Positions 34,311 through 46,300 of a stretch of 53,602 bases of DNA are shown here, piece by piece. Location: IMG/VR virus record IMGVR_UViG_3300020044_005702, positions 1-53,602 of that record; one strand, given 5' to 3'. The notes below the pieces were generated by a model that was not told the DNA's origin, searched no databases, and saw nothing but the letters and a program-made list of their open reading frames with translations. A program made the position numbers and the translations under genes. The DNA comes from a virus. Its lineage: Duplodnaviria > Caudoviricetes. Numbering within the stretch: position 1 is the stretch's first letter; each line of letters begins with the position of its first letter.

Positions 34311-37300
34311 ATGCCTGATACACGAAGTTCTTTATGGGCACTTGCCCGTCGCACTGGCGGTACGTCTTTTTACGAAGCTGATAAACAATATCCAGACAAA
34401 GACGCTGCACAAAAACGAGCGCGGTTACTTGCCAATTATCATCCTGAATCACCAATGTATCGGTTGATGCGTGAGCGATTTGAGATTGATGATCAAAAGT
34501 CACGTAAAGCTCTAGGGTATGTACCACCATATGATCCAGATGTTACGGCTCGTGAACTTCAGCAGATGCAAAAGAAGTCAGCTGAGTATCGCACACGTGT
34601 TATACAACCTATCGTAACAAAATTACGAAGTGAAAATTACGTTGACGCCCTGCGTGATGGTTCCGAACAAAGAGTAGAAGAAGGTTACAAAGCTGGATAT
34701 ATTGACAAGAAGACACGAGACAATTTAGTTAATGAATTTAGTACTAGACTACGCGACTTAAATAAAGTTAGGGTATTAGATTCAACGGGTAATTACGTTC
34801 CCGGTGAACAGTTGCGAATCGGACGTACATTAGCCGAATCTCCTCAGATGGCTAAGGCACAACGCGTTGATGTTAGGAGTCAACTACAAGAGGAACTTAG
34901 TGCAGAGCGTTCAAAGCAAGGGCGCACTGTTGCACCTGAGATGCAAGCATTTAACAGGACTATGGGCACTGTTGCTGGTAGTGTTGCTGGTGTACTTGGA
35001 TATCCTATTACAAAAACGCGACAAGCATTTGAATCTGGTTTACGAACATTAGGTGTAAATGTCCCAGAAGAAGAAACACCAGATCAATACTTTGCACGTA
35101 AAGAAGAAGAGGGTGTTGACCCGTCAGCTTTTAAGACTGGTTTTTACGGTACTCAAGCAGGTGTAACACAAGCTGTTGCAAAGCCAGCTGTAATTGGTGG
35201 CAATATCGGTAGTGAGAAACTAGCTCCGATTTTAGGACAAACACCTGAAGAAGCAAAAGCTGCATATGACAACCTAGGTATTAATCAATGGTATTCCAGT
35301 CTTACTGGTGACCCTGAAAATCTTGAGTATCAAATAGCACGAATGACAGCACTGAACCTGACAGAGGCTGTTCCTAGTGCTGGGGCTAATTTAGTTGGCA
35401 TGCAATTAGTAGGAAACTCACTTGCTAAAGCATTACTACCAGCAGTCAAAAGCAGTACTGCATTAAATTTTGTTCGTGGTGGAGGCATGATGCTTCCGTC
35501 TATTACTCAAGGTGTTGCAGCTGGTTTTGGTAATCAAACTCTTTCAGAATACAGTGACCCGATTGGTTCACTTAATAAGTATTACTTACCGGAGGGTGAG
35601 GATGATGTAGAAAAATATATCAACTCACAGGAAGGTATGGCAGGACAACGCACTGCTACGACATTAGCCATGTTTGGTGGTGGTGCTCCTAGCTTTTATA
35701 AAGATGCTGGCAAGTTATTTAAAATTAGTCGCGATCTTGGCAAGTTGGGAATATTTGGACGTGTATCAAAAGTTAATCAAGCGTCAGTCGAAGGGCGCAA
35801 TATGCTTAACGAATACATGCAGTTGCAATCCAGTGTAATCCCAGATGCTGCATTTGGATTAACATACGTGTTTGATCCAGTATTACGTTTTGCAGGTTCT
35901 AAATGGAATCCAAAAGTAGAAGCACCAACGTTTGAAGAGTGGTTGACTACTGGACTGCTTGGGGCAGTTGCTGTACGACCACATAAAAGTGTTCAAGGTT
36001 TTATTTCTAATAGGCTAGGTGAGTCTGTCGACATTGCAGGTCAGGCACGATTTGCTGCAATGGATGCAATGGATAGAGGCTCGTATCATACGTCTGTAGT
36101 CGAGTCACGGTACGAAAAATTACGTGGCGGAACAGCCGCAAATACGCAAGACCTACAGCGTGTAACTAGTTATGTATATGATGTAGCGATTGATGAACAT
36201 CGCAAACAATCGCAAGCCGATGCACAGGCATATAAATCCGTAGACCAAATCTTCTACGAGATTATGAATGGTAAAAGCGATCAGTCTATCGCTGTTGATC
36301 AAATGGTTCGCCAGATGAGAGCACGTGGCGATAACTCGTCGCTTCCTGTTGATAGTCCATTACGAAACTTGCAGGTCAACCGTGGTTTGTACCCTGTTGA
36401 TCCAAAAGCCCGCAAGCAAGCTATTAAGATTCTTGCAAAACAACTTGAGCCAACAATTGCATTTGAAATGGAAATGCAACGTAAGGGTTATGGCCTGAAT
36501 GACATTGAAGGGCCAGATGCAACACCAGAACGTAAATACTACGCTGTATATCGTGGTGAGGTAGACGGTCAACCTGAGTATGTTGTATTTAATAGATTCT
36601 TTAGTGATGCCACTATTCATCGCGGTGAAGCTGGATTAGAAGATGTACAGGTAATTAGTGCCGTAGATCAAGCAAGCCTGCGTAATAGAGGCCGTACAGA
36701 AACACTGGCTAAGGTTATGCGGGAGATGAAGCAGGAGTTTAATGCTGCTGCCCGTGAATGGAAGAAAGATGGAGTCAGTAGGAACTTTGCAGGAATACGC
36801 ACTGACGGAACTATTGTAATCAAAGAGGTTCGACGTGAGGGTGCTGCACAGGCTGGTAAAGTCACATACTCTCAAGTATCTTTAGACGACTTACAAAAAG
36901 AATTATCTGGGATGCCGGGTAAACAGGGCATCATTAATGTCCTCAATGAGATATATCGTCGAACTGGCTTACGTCGTGACGTAGCAACAAAACGACCTGT
37001 TATAGATATCGGTCAATCAGAAGCCTTCCCAGAGCGTATTGCATTTGACTCCGATACAGAGATCAATGCTCGCATGATTGACACGATTGGTATACAGACA
37101 CCTATTGGCGTCTTCCAATTGCCTGATGGTGGAGTCGTTCTTGGTGGAATACCAGAAGGGGCCAGCCGTAAGAACGTACTCAGTGAAACTGAGTTATCTG
37201 CTACACCTGAACTTAAAACTAAGACCGTTTTGTCACAAGCACAGGATGTAGTAAAGAACCGTGGTGGATATATTGACGCAGATATTCACGAGCTAGGTTC

Positions 37301-40300
37301 TGACGCACGTGTTGAAATACCTGCGGACATGATTGGCATGATTGATGAGATTCTTCAGAACGAAGACATGCCAGACAACGTCAAGGCAGAAACGATCGTT
37401 GGTGCACTAGTAGACACACTTGCTGGAAACCGAATTACGGGAGACAAAGCTGGTCGTGTTGATCCGCAAACAAAACAGTTTGTGTTTGACGTTGATCTTA
37501 AGGTTGGTGACCGCGTAGAGTTTGCTACAGATGAGGCTTCACCATATGAGATATCCGAAGGAATCGTAGTCAAATCTGGTAACGGATTAGCTACCGTTAA
37601 GCTAATTAACGACCCTGAGGGTTCTGCGTACACCATGTCTGCCGATAAGTTTTTATTATCGGACAAGAGCATATCCGAACAAGCGTTGCAAGATAGGGCC
37701 AGTGCATTTGCTGATAGAGGTATGTCTGGCTTTGATCGACCTGTTGAAAAGACAATGGCCGACGAGGAAGCTATTGGTAGGTTATTAACCTACACGGAAA
37801 CAGTAGCGTATCGAGATAAGATTGCTGGTGCTAAGACGGAAGAAGATTTACTAAATGCCGTACGATCAGCTGTTTTCGAGTCACGTGCTACAGTAGCTGG
37901 TGTTAAGTCAGGATTACTTGATTGGTCACTGCGCAACTCTGTTGAGGGTGTGTTTGACGTACTTTCACAACTTGGCACTGAGGCGACTGCTCCCGGCAAA
38001 GAAGTAGATATAGTCAAGTTCCGCAAGCTTACTGAGATTGTAGCAGACGAACAATTCAACGAGATGTTGTATGGCGTTCATGCTATTAACTCATCTATTG
38101 CATCTATTACAGGTACTAGGTTTGCCACTGGTGATCAAAAAATAAGTACCACACAAAAGAAGTCTCAGTCATTACAGTTAGCGCGACGCATGAATATCTT
38201 AATGATGCGAGCTGTACATTTGTCTGATGCGGACTTACTTAAAGCTGCGTCCAAGTCATTAGGTATTACCCTTGAGGGTAAAATGGCAGAACGCGTCATG
38301 CGATTAGCAGGTGACCTACGTGGTGTTGCGCCGATGGCGTTTTATTACGTGCAGGACATGTGGCATGCTAGTCGTTTGTCCGGATTAAACTTTGCTGCAC
38401 AGGCTACTATTGGCAGGGCTATTTCTGCAGTTAACGATAGTAATATTGTTTCTCAAGTAAAGAATGACACTATTCTAAGTGATGTATCTGATCAGTTGTT
38501 AAACTTCTGGAAGTCAGAAGCTAAGTATGAGGATGCAGTCAAGGCAGTTCGTGGATTACTGAATTCACCTCGACGCGTTACTATTGAGGGTCAGACCGAA
38601 ACGTATGCAATGCGTGACGTACTGTATTCACGATTACGTAATGCTGGATTAGAGTTTTTATTCCATGCAGCAGTAGATGAAACAAGTAATGTGATTCGTC
38701 GCGGACTGCGCACTAATCGCAATGAAGCTGCTAGATGGCAACATGATGCGATGCGATATATGTACGATTCGTACTTGCCTCAAATTGTTGTTGATCAAAT
38801 CAATTCTAAGATTAGTTCTGGTGATTTCATGTCCGACAGGAACGGTCGTACAGAGCAGACTAATAACATCTCATTTGCTCCTGAATTACTTGCGTTGCAC
38901 TCGCAATTAATTGATAGCATTCGAGGCAACAGGTCACTTACACCAGAGCAGCGACAAGAAGCTGAGAAGAAAATCAACGATGTTGTAGAAGAGTTAAGTG
39001 GTTTAAGCGAGGTCGAACTAAATAACTTAAAGAATTACGATACTGATTTCCCACGAGATACTCGTTTAAATGGCGATGTTGTTGTCGGTGGAAAAACAGT
39101 TGCTAAAAATCAAAAGGCTAACTTAAGAGCACTTAGTGCAGAAGTTCAGTACGACATGAGTACTGCTGAGCGAGCTAAAGAAGAAGGCATGTCTGTATCA
39201 CAGATTGAAGCGACAAAACATGCTGATTTACTAGCTGTGTTTAAGAATCAAGCCAAGACTATATTTGGATATAAAAATAATTTATATGCTGTCAAGGCAT
39301 CGTTTGATAACGATCCTACAGTCCGTGATTTAACAAACAGAATTGATAGGTTGAATGCTGAAAAGCCAACTGGGTATGAGGAAAAACGTCGTGAGTTGTA
39401 TCGACAGAAAGACGCACGTGTATCCGAGTTAATAAACAATGAATTCGGAATGTTGATTGGTACATTACGAGCTGTAAAAACACTGATTGGTACCAAGCCA
39501 TATGTTGAAAGTGCCGATGAACAACTTTTAGATGTATCAGCTTCTGCAGGTATGGGTGTTTCTGTAAGTGATGTTACGACACGTAACACCACATTAGGAG
39601 ATGCTATTGATGAAGTATTAGACGATGTCACAGCATTCACACGTATGTTAGTTTCGACGGGTGATGCAACATCAACTGTATCATCGGACGTTGCAGTGGG
39701 AGAAAGTACTAGGGCTACATCACCTATAGACTTTGAAAGTCAAGAATCTATTGATGAGCGTGAAGCGCTGGTAAAACAGACACTCAATGACCCCAAAAGT
39801 ACTCCAGAAGAAAAGGCTATTGCTCAGCAATTACTTGCAGACTTTAAACGTGGTTCTAATACGTTTGGAACTGACTTAACAATAACAACCGCAATTAATA
39901 ATCTGGAAGCGTCATTTGCAAAATTAGGAAAACAGATTGATACGTTAAAACCACAAGACGTGCCAGTTGATGCAATGATTGGCATCTATCAAGTCTACAC
40001 GTCTTTATCACGCAATAACATTCGGCAGACTGGTGCTGTTGCAAACCAATTAGCAACAACACTTGCTGCCAGAAACATCATGACTGTTCAACAGCTACGC
40101 AATCAACGCATACGTGACATTGCTACCGATGCTATGTCTAATGTTTCAATGACTGACGTAGTAGAGTTACAGTCTGGATCTCTCACACCAGAGATGTTTG
40201 CTGAAAGAAATAACATTAACTTATCAGTGGCGCGTGAGATTGCATCTATTGATGCATTAAATCCACGGATAGAAACTGAACCTGTCATTGTAACTGATGA

Positions 40301-43300
40301 GGACATGGCATTTATTGATCCAGCTCAAGTGGATGCAGATGTAAAAGCATTCGTTAGTGACTCACCTCAAATTGTAAAAGAAGCCATTGAATCACCAGAC
40401 AGTTTTGGTGGATTGATTACGTTTAAAGGTGATGGAGAACAGAAATTAGTAGCATACACAGCACAAAACAGAGCAGGTATGCGTGTCCTGTTACGTGCTG
40501 TCTTACGTAAGAAGTATGGTACAGAACAAGCAAATGCCGTTGTAGATTCACTGATGGGTCGCCGAAGCTTGGTGGAACGTGGACTATCAGAAACATACGT
40601 CGATCCAGCTTATATGTTTGATAAGTTACAAGCAGTCGGTGGTAAGTTCGATAACTTAGAAGTAACTAACGATGTAATGCGTTATTTAAATGTAAGCAGA
40701 GCAGTACTTAAAGCAAAGATTGAACGTGAAGTCAGGGATTTAGAAAAGAGTAAAACCAAAGGTAGCGAAATAAAAATATTTCAATACAGAAATGTACTTA
40801 GCGCACTTGATAGCGCACCTGTAGTTGAGATGTCTTTGGGTCAAACTGCTGGAGATTACTTCAGGACTGTCGCAGCTCATGTTGATAATGCACTGGAGGA
40901 CGTTGGTGTTAGTAAAGCTGACAGGACAATTTTAGCAAAGGGTGTGTTGAATGATTTATCGCCAGACACTAACTCTAAGGCTATACCATCGCCACTCAAT
41001 GATAACGTTGGTCGTATCCCTGACATAACTATAGAACGTGATTTAGCATTTACAGCACGACGAATGTTAGCGTCGATGGTAGCAAATGGTGTTCGCATTA
41101 GACCTATTAACAGTACGGAAACAATTGTTTTCAATAACATTGAAGACATTGATGCTACTCATAATGCTGTTCGATTATCAATGATTCCAATTGACTCATC
41201 ATCTGTACGTCCTGAAGTAGCCAAGCGTATGGCCGATATCTATACAGAAATGATTGAGACTCAGTTTGGTTTATTCAAAGATAATAATGTCGTTAAAAAC
41301 CTAATTAATGTCCGTGACGCGTATTTGAAATTAGCTGATGCATCGGATGACACATTTGTCAAGCGAGCAGAAAACTTTGAATCTGCTGAATACGAAGCAA
41401 TCATGTCACTGGCTGACAACTTAGCTGACATATATGACATGAACGCAAACCAATATGCTCGCAAAGTTTTGGATGTTAGGCTTAGAACAAACGATCAAGC
41501 GTACAAACAAGAACTAGCAGAACCGTTACGCGTAATGAATGTTCCGGAAGCTGTCATACAAAAACTCCTATCTCCGGAAACATCAGCATCTAGTTTCTTT
41601 AATTCTGACGTGTCGCCAGCACAGAAAAATTATGCTATGGCGTACATGACGGCTAAGTATAAGAAAGAGTATTACACTAAGCACAACAAAATTTTTATTA
41701 CTAATCAGGAAATGCTTGAAGAGGTAAGTGCTGAGTCCAAAGCGTTTACTACAGATAAACGTGACGTGTATGGTTTTGCACAAACATTAACAAGTAACCG
41801 AGCGGAAGCATTAGGCACGTTATTGTTTATCGGATCTCCTGAGAATGGCAAGTATCGCACAGCTCTTACACTGGTACATGAAGTCTTCCATCCGTTATTT
41901 ACAGGCATGGATGATGCAACGCAGATTGACTTCCTAAAGAAGTTATCTGTAAGTAACACTTTAATGACAGAGGCGATGGATGAGGTCATCAATTTAACAA
42001 AACGTAATGCGCAACTGGGTAGTTTCCGTGATGCTGTAAAGGCATCGCAAGAAGGCATACAGAAGATTCTTGATGCTAGACCAAACGCTGAGCTTGCATT
42101 AGCATTGCAGGTTAAGGTTGCTAATGATGGCGCTAAGGCTGGATTAACTATAGCTGAAAGCCTAGACGCATTGCGTGGTATCAAATTTAACGGTGAAGAT
42201 TTAGGCGAAGGATGGATTGCTCATGGTCACGAAAAATTTGTGACGAGCATGTTGAACTTCATTACTGATTACACAATACCTATGTCAAAGAATGCTGCTG
42301 CATCTATTGACATGAGTACACTAGAAGTGTTCCAGCAAATGCGTGGGACATTGCGACATATCATGCGGAGAATGCGTGTCCGCCGTCCTATGGATATGAT
42401 TTTTGATTCGGAAGGGACACCACATAACGCATGGTATATGCGACCTCCAGTTCAGCGATATACATTTGGGCGTTTGCAAAAAGGTAGTGCTAAATTGTGG
42501 GATCAGGCAAATTACGAGACGCCGACATTCCGCAGAACTCAAGACTTTGCACAATTGCAAAAAGGTTCATATTTACGATTACGAGTTCCAAACAAATCGT
42601 TTACTAAATCCGCAATCACCAGCCCAGAAGTCATGTTGATGACATCACTGGATTCATTAGCGATAACTACATCTACTAATCCATATGGTGTCAGTAGATT
42701 TAGGTTTGGATTTAATCATCAAGGTGTTATCAACGACCAAGTTGGAAACACAATGCTTCCATTTGAAAATGGTACTGTTCGTTATGAGTTACTACGCAAT
42801 CCTTCATTAGCTCAGTCCATTAAAATATTTCCAGACAATGGTCGTGATACAGAAGTAGTCAGCTCCGACACAAAGCCTAGTCGTGAGTTTATGGGTGAAG
42901 TAGTAGATATGATTCTGCGCACAAACCTAACTACATTTGAGCAAGCAGAGAATGCAGGATTTAAACCTGTATATTTTGACGGCAACTTTGTTTGGGTTAG
43001 TGGTGAAACAGATAGTGAGGGTTATTTTAATCCACGCACACGCGCTAATACTTTGAATCCTAGGGTACGTAATTACATTACAGCTGGGCAACATGAGTAT
43101 GCATATATTGTGAACGCAGACGTGCGTGTGCAGTTCCCTTACACAAGTGAGTCTGATCGCAAGCGAGAGTTTAAGTCCAAGTTCCAGTTCATCGTTGGAC
43201 AGGACGCTGTTGAACCAGCAGGACATGATGAGTATGACCCAATGGTTGTCGGGTATTCACAATTTGATCCTAAGTTCAGTGCGTTAATTTACGACACATA

Positions 43301-46300
43301 CCGTAAGGTGTCGGATGTTGTTTACCAAACTGTTGGTAACGTCCGATGGAAAGATCAAGTTGCGCTTGAAGCCCGTTTGATGAACGCTAATGCAGATTCG
43401 TTTACGTTTAGAACTCAGCAAGATTTAAACACTGCGTTGGAAAACTACTTTAATAGCACAGAGTTCAAAGCTATTAAGGCAAGCCGTACATCTATGCAAC
43501 CGCTTATTATTGATGGCGCTAATAGATTTGAATCATTGCTGCACGACGTCATATCTAAGATGTATGCAACATCAATTGATGGCATGCCCGTAATTACTGA
43601 GCCGGGTGAACAATTATTGCAGCGCCTTGACGACGTTATCAACCAGCAACTGTCTGAGTACATCGTTGATCAGGGATTATTTAGGCACAATGTAGACGAG
43701 ACATTACAAACTAGTAGCTTTACTATTGAGCCGGGTAGCCGGGAACTGGAAGCAGTTGCAAAAGCAATGCAAACCATGACTGGCAACACCATGGATATAG
43801 ACATACTGAAAGAGAAGTTGCGTAATGTATATGTCACATTAAACACTCGTGCTGATATTCGCGTTGAACCTAACACTAGAATCACTAGTGCATTTGCTGC
43901 TAACGGAATACCAGAGGTTGTTACTTTAAGTGACGGAACTGAATATCACGTACGTGATGTTATGCATAAGCTTCTGCGTAACGAGCGTTTGACGTTACGA
44001 CAGAAAGACATTGTTGATGTTGAAACGTCATTTGAGAACTTCTGGCGCAACTCAATCGTTGATCCAGAGAATGGTTTATTTAGCGGTCAACTCAAAGCTC
44101 CATATAACTTACTTAGTGCAAAGCCAACCACTGCTATGTATGTCCTTGACACATTGTTGACAAACACTTACGGCAATAGTGTTGAGAATAAACAGAGATT
44201 TCTTGAGCGATTGACGTCTGATTTAAACCCAGAATCGTTTGGTGATATAGAGAATGACACAACAGCACGGTTGCGTTATCGTGAAGCCGTACAGGCTAAG
44301 AACAATGCTGTTGGTGAGTACCTTGCAGTAGCTCATGCATTAGATGCACAAAGTCGTGAGATGGGTCGAGCGTTATATGCATGGAAGGATTGGTCTTTAC
44401 TTGATGGTCAGGAATCATTCTTGCCCGGTGATGGCGTTGTAATCCGTAGCCCAGAAGGCGCAATGTTTAGGGTTAATTTAAATAATCCAGAGCAATTTGT
44501 GCAATCGGTTTCACGTCAAGTGGGTACTGGAGAATTAACTGACACGACTCCATTCAGCCGCATCATTGCTTTATATAACCCAGATACTCGTGCCAACTTG
44601 ATTGCTAAGCCAAACTCTAAAATGTCCATGTCTAAGCAAGACTTGAACCTTAGTCCGTTTGAGGCTGATGCACTGAATACTGATGGCACAGTAGATGTCA
44701 TTAGGCCGTTCGGTATAAGTAATACTCACTTTGATGAAGAGGGTAACCCAGTACGACCGCAACTCAGGATGTATAGACTTACATCTACTGGTAAAGATAT
44801 GTCTGGTAATGCTACTGTAAGTGCTGATATATACCAACAGATTGAAGCAGTCGAGTTGGCTCACCCATACAAGTCAAACTTTGTAACAGAGGATGGTAAT
44901 TTAGTAAACAATCAGAGGTTACTACAGCAACCAATCAATGACTTACTACGTCGTGCGTACTTAACTAATCCTGACACTGACTATAAAAAGAAAAAGGCTA
45001 TTGCTAACAAGATGATTGTGCCACGTGAGGTACACATCGCTAAGCTATTGATTGCACGAGCACTACTTGAAGGCAAGGATACTGTTCCGGATTCTTGGCG
45101 AGACAAGAATGCAGTGACTGCAGCTAAGGCTCGTTTATTGTTAGACCAAGATCATGAGGCATCAGTAGAAGACGCCAAGCGCAATCCACAGGTATTCCAC
45201 AACAGAAGTCGTACGTGGATGAGTGAAGGCATGGAAGCAAATGACGAACCTATTGAACAGATGTCTGATGAAGAGTTCAGTTATTTACGTATGCCGTTTG
45301 AACTTACGCCAGAGCAAGCAAAAGATCCAGAGTTACGGCAACGTTATAACGAGGTTCAGTCACGCATTGCATTGGATAGAGCACTTGCCACTAGTAACCC
45401 TAAGAACGTTATTATTAAACGTGAGACGAATCCACGTGCATTAAACGTAGCGGTAACACAAAGTGATGGCAATATGTTTATTGCAATCCCTGACAAAGAT
45501 TATGCTTATGCTACGAGAACTTTGTTTAGTGCGACCGGTCCCGTAGGTAGCCCTACTCCTGCTGCCAATATTGGCAACGTACCTGCTGGTGGAATACTTA
45601 AAATTCCATTTGGCAATAGTCCATTTACGAAACGTGGCGGTTCTTTGTTAATGGCGTTGTATCACGAGAGTAGCTCTATATTTAAGTCGATGATTTTATC
45701 GTCAGACTTTGCTAGGCCAATGCTGCAAAACTTCCGTCTTGCAAACATATCCAATCCTAAAACATTTGCTGCCCAGTTCTGGGGTTTATCTGCAGTGTTG
45801 CCAAACTTACCAAGTGGACCTATCACCGGTAGACCGCAAGGTGCTGGTGCTAAACTTGCCAACTTTGTATTAGGTCACAGACCAGAGCTTGCTTTTGGTG
45901 AAAAACAATATCATGCCAAGATGGCTAACTACCTTACGAAATATGGTATGCGTGACAACGTCATTGGCTATGGAATACCGGGATTACATAGACGCAGATT
46001 ACAGCGCACGTATACGTGGACAGATATTTCTGATTACGGCCTAAAGCTTACGTACAACGACTGGATGAATGCATATGATGCAGCTGTAGCCGTTGATCCA
46101 AATGTCTCGCCATTTGATATTCCAATTCAACCAACACAAGCAGAAAACATTGGTGAAGGTGCATTGGCTAGACGAATACTACCAATGGTTAATGCTTGGG
46201 AGCGAGCTGGTTCACTGTCTACAGACATTGTCAGACTTAAGTCATTCCTTGAGTTTGCAGCGTTTGTTGATAACCATCCAACAGTTACTGAGGAATATCA

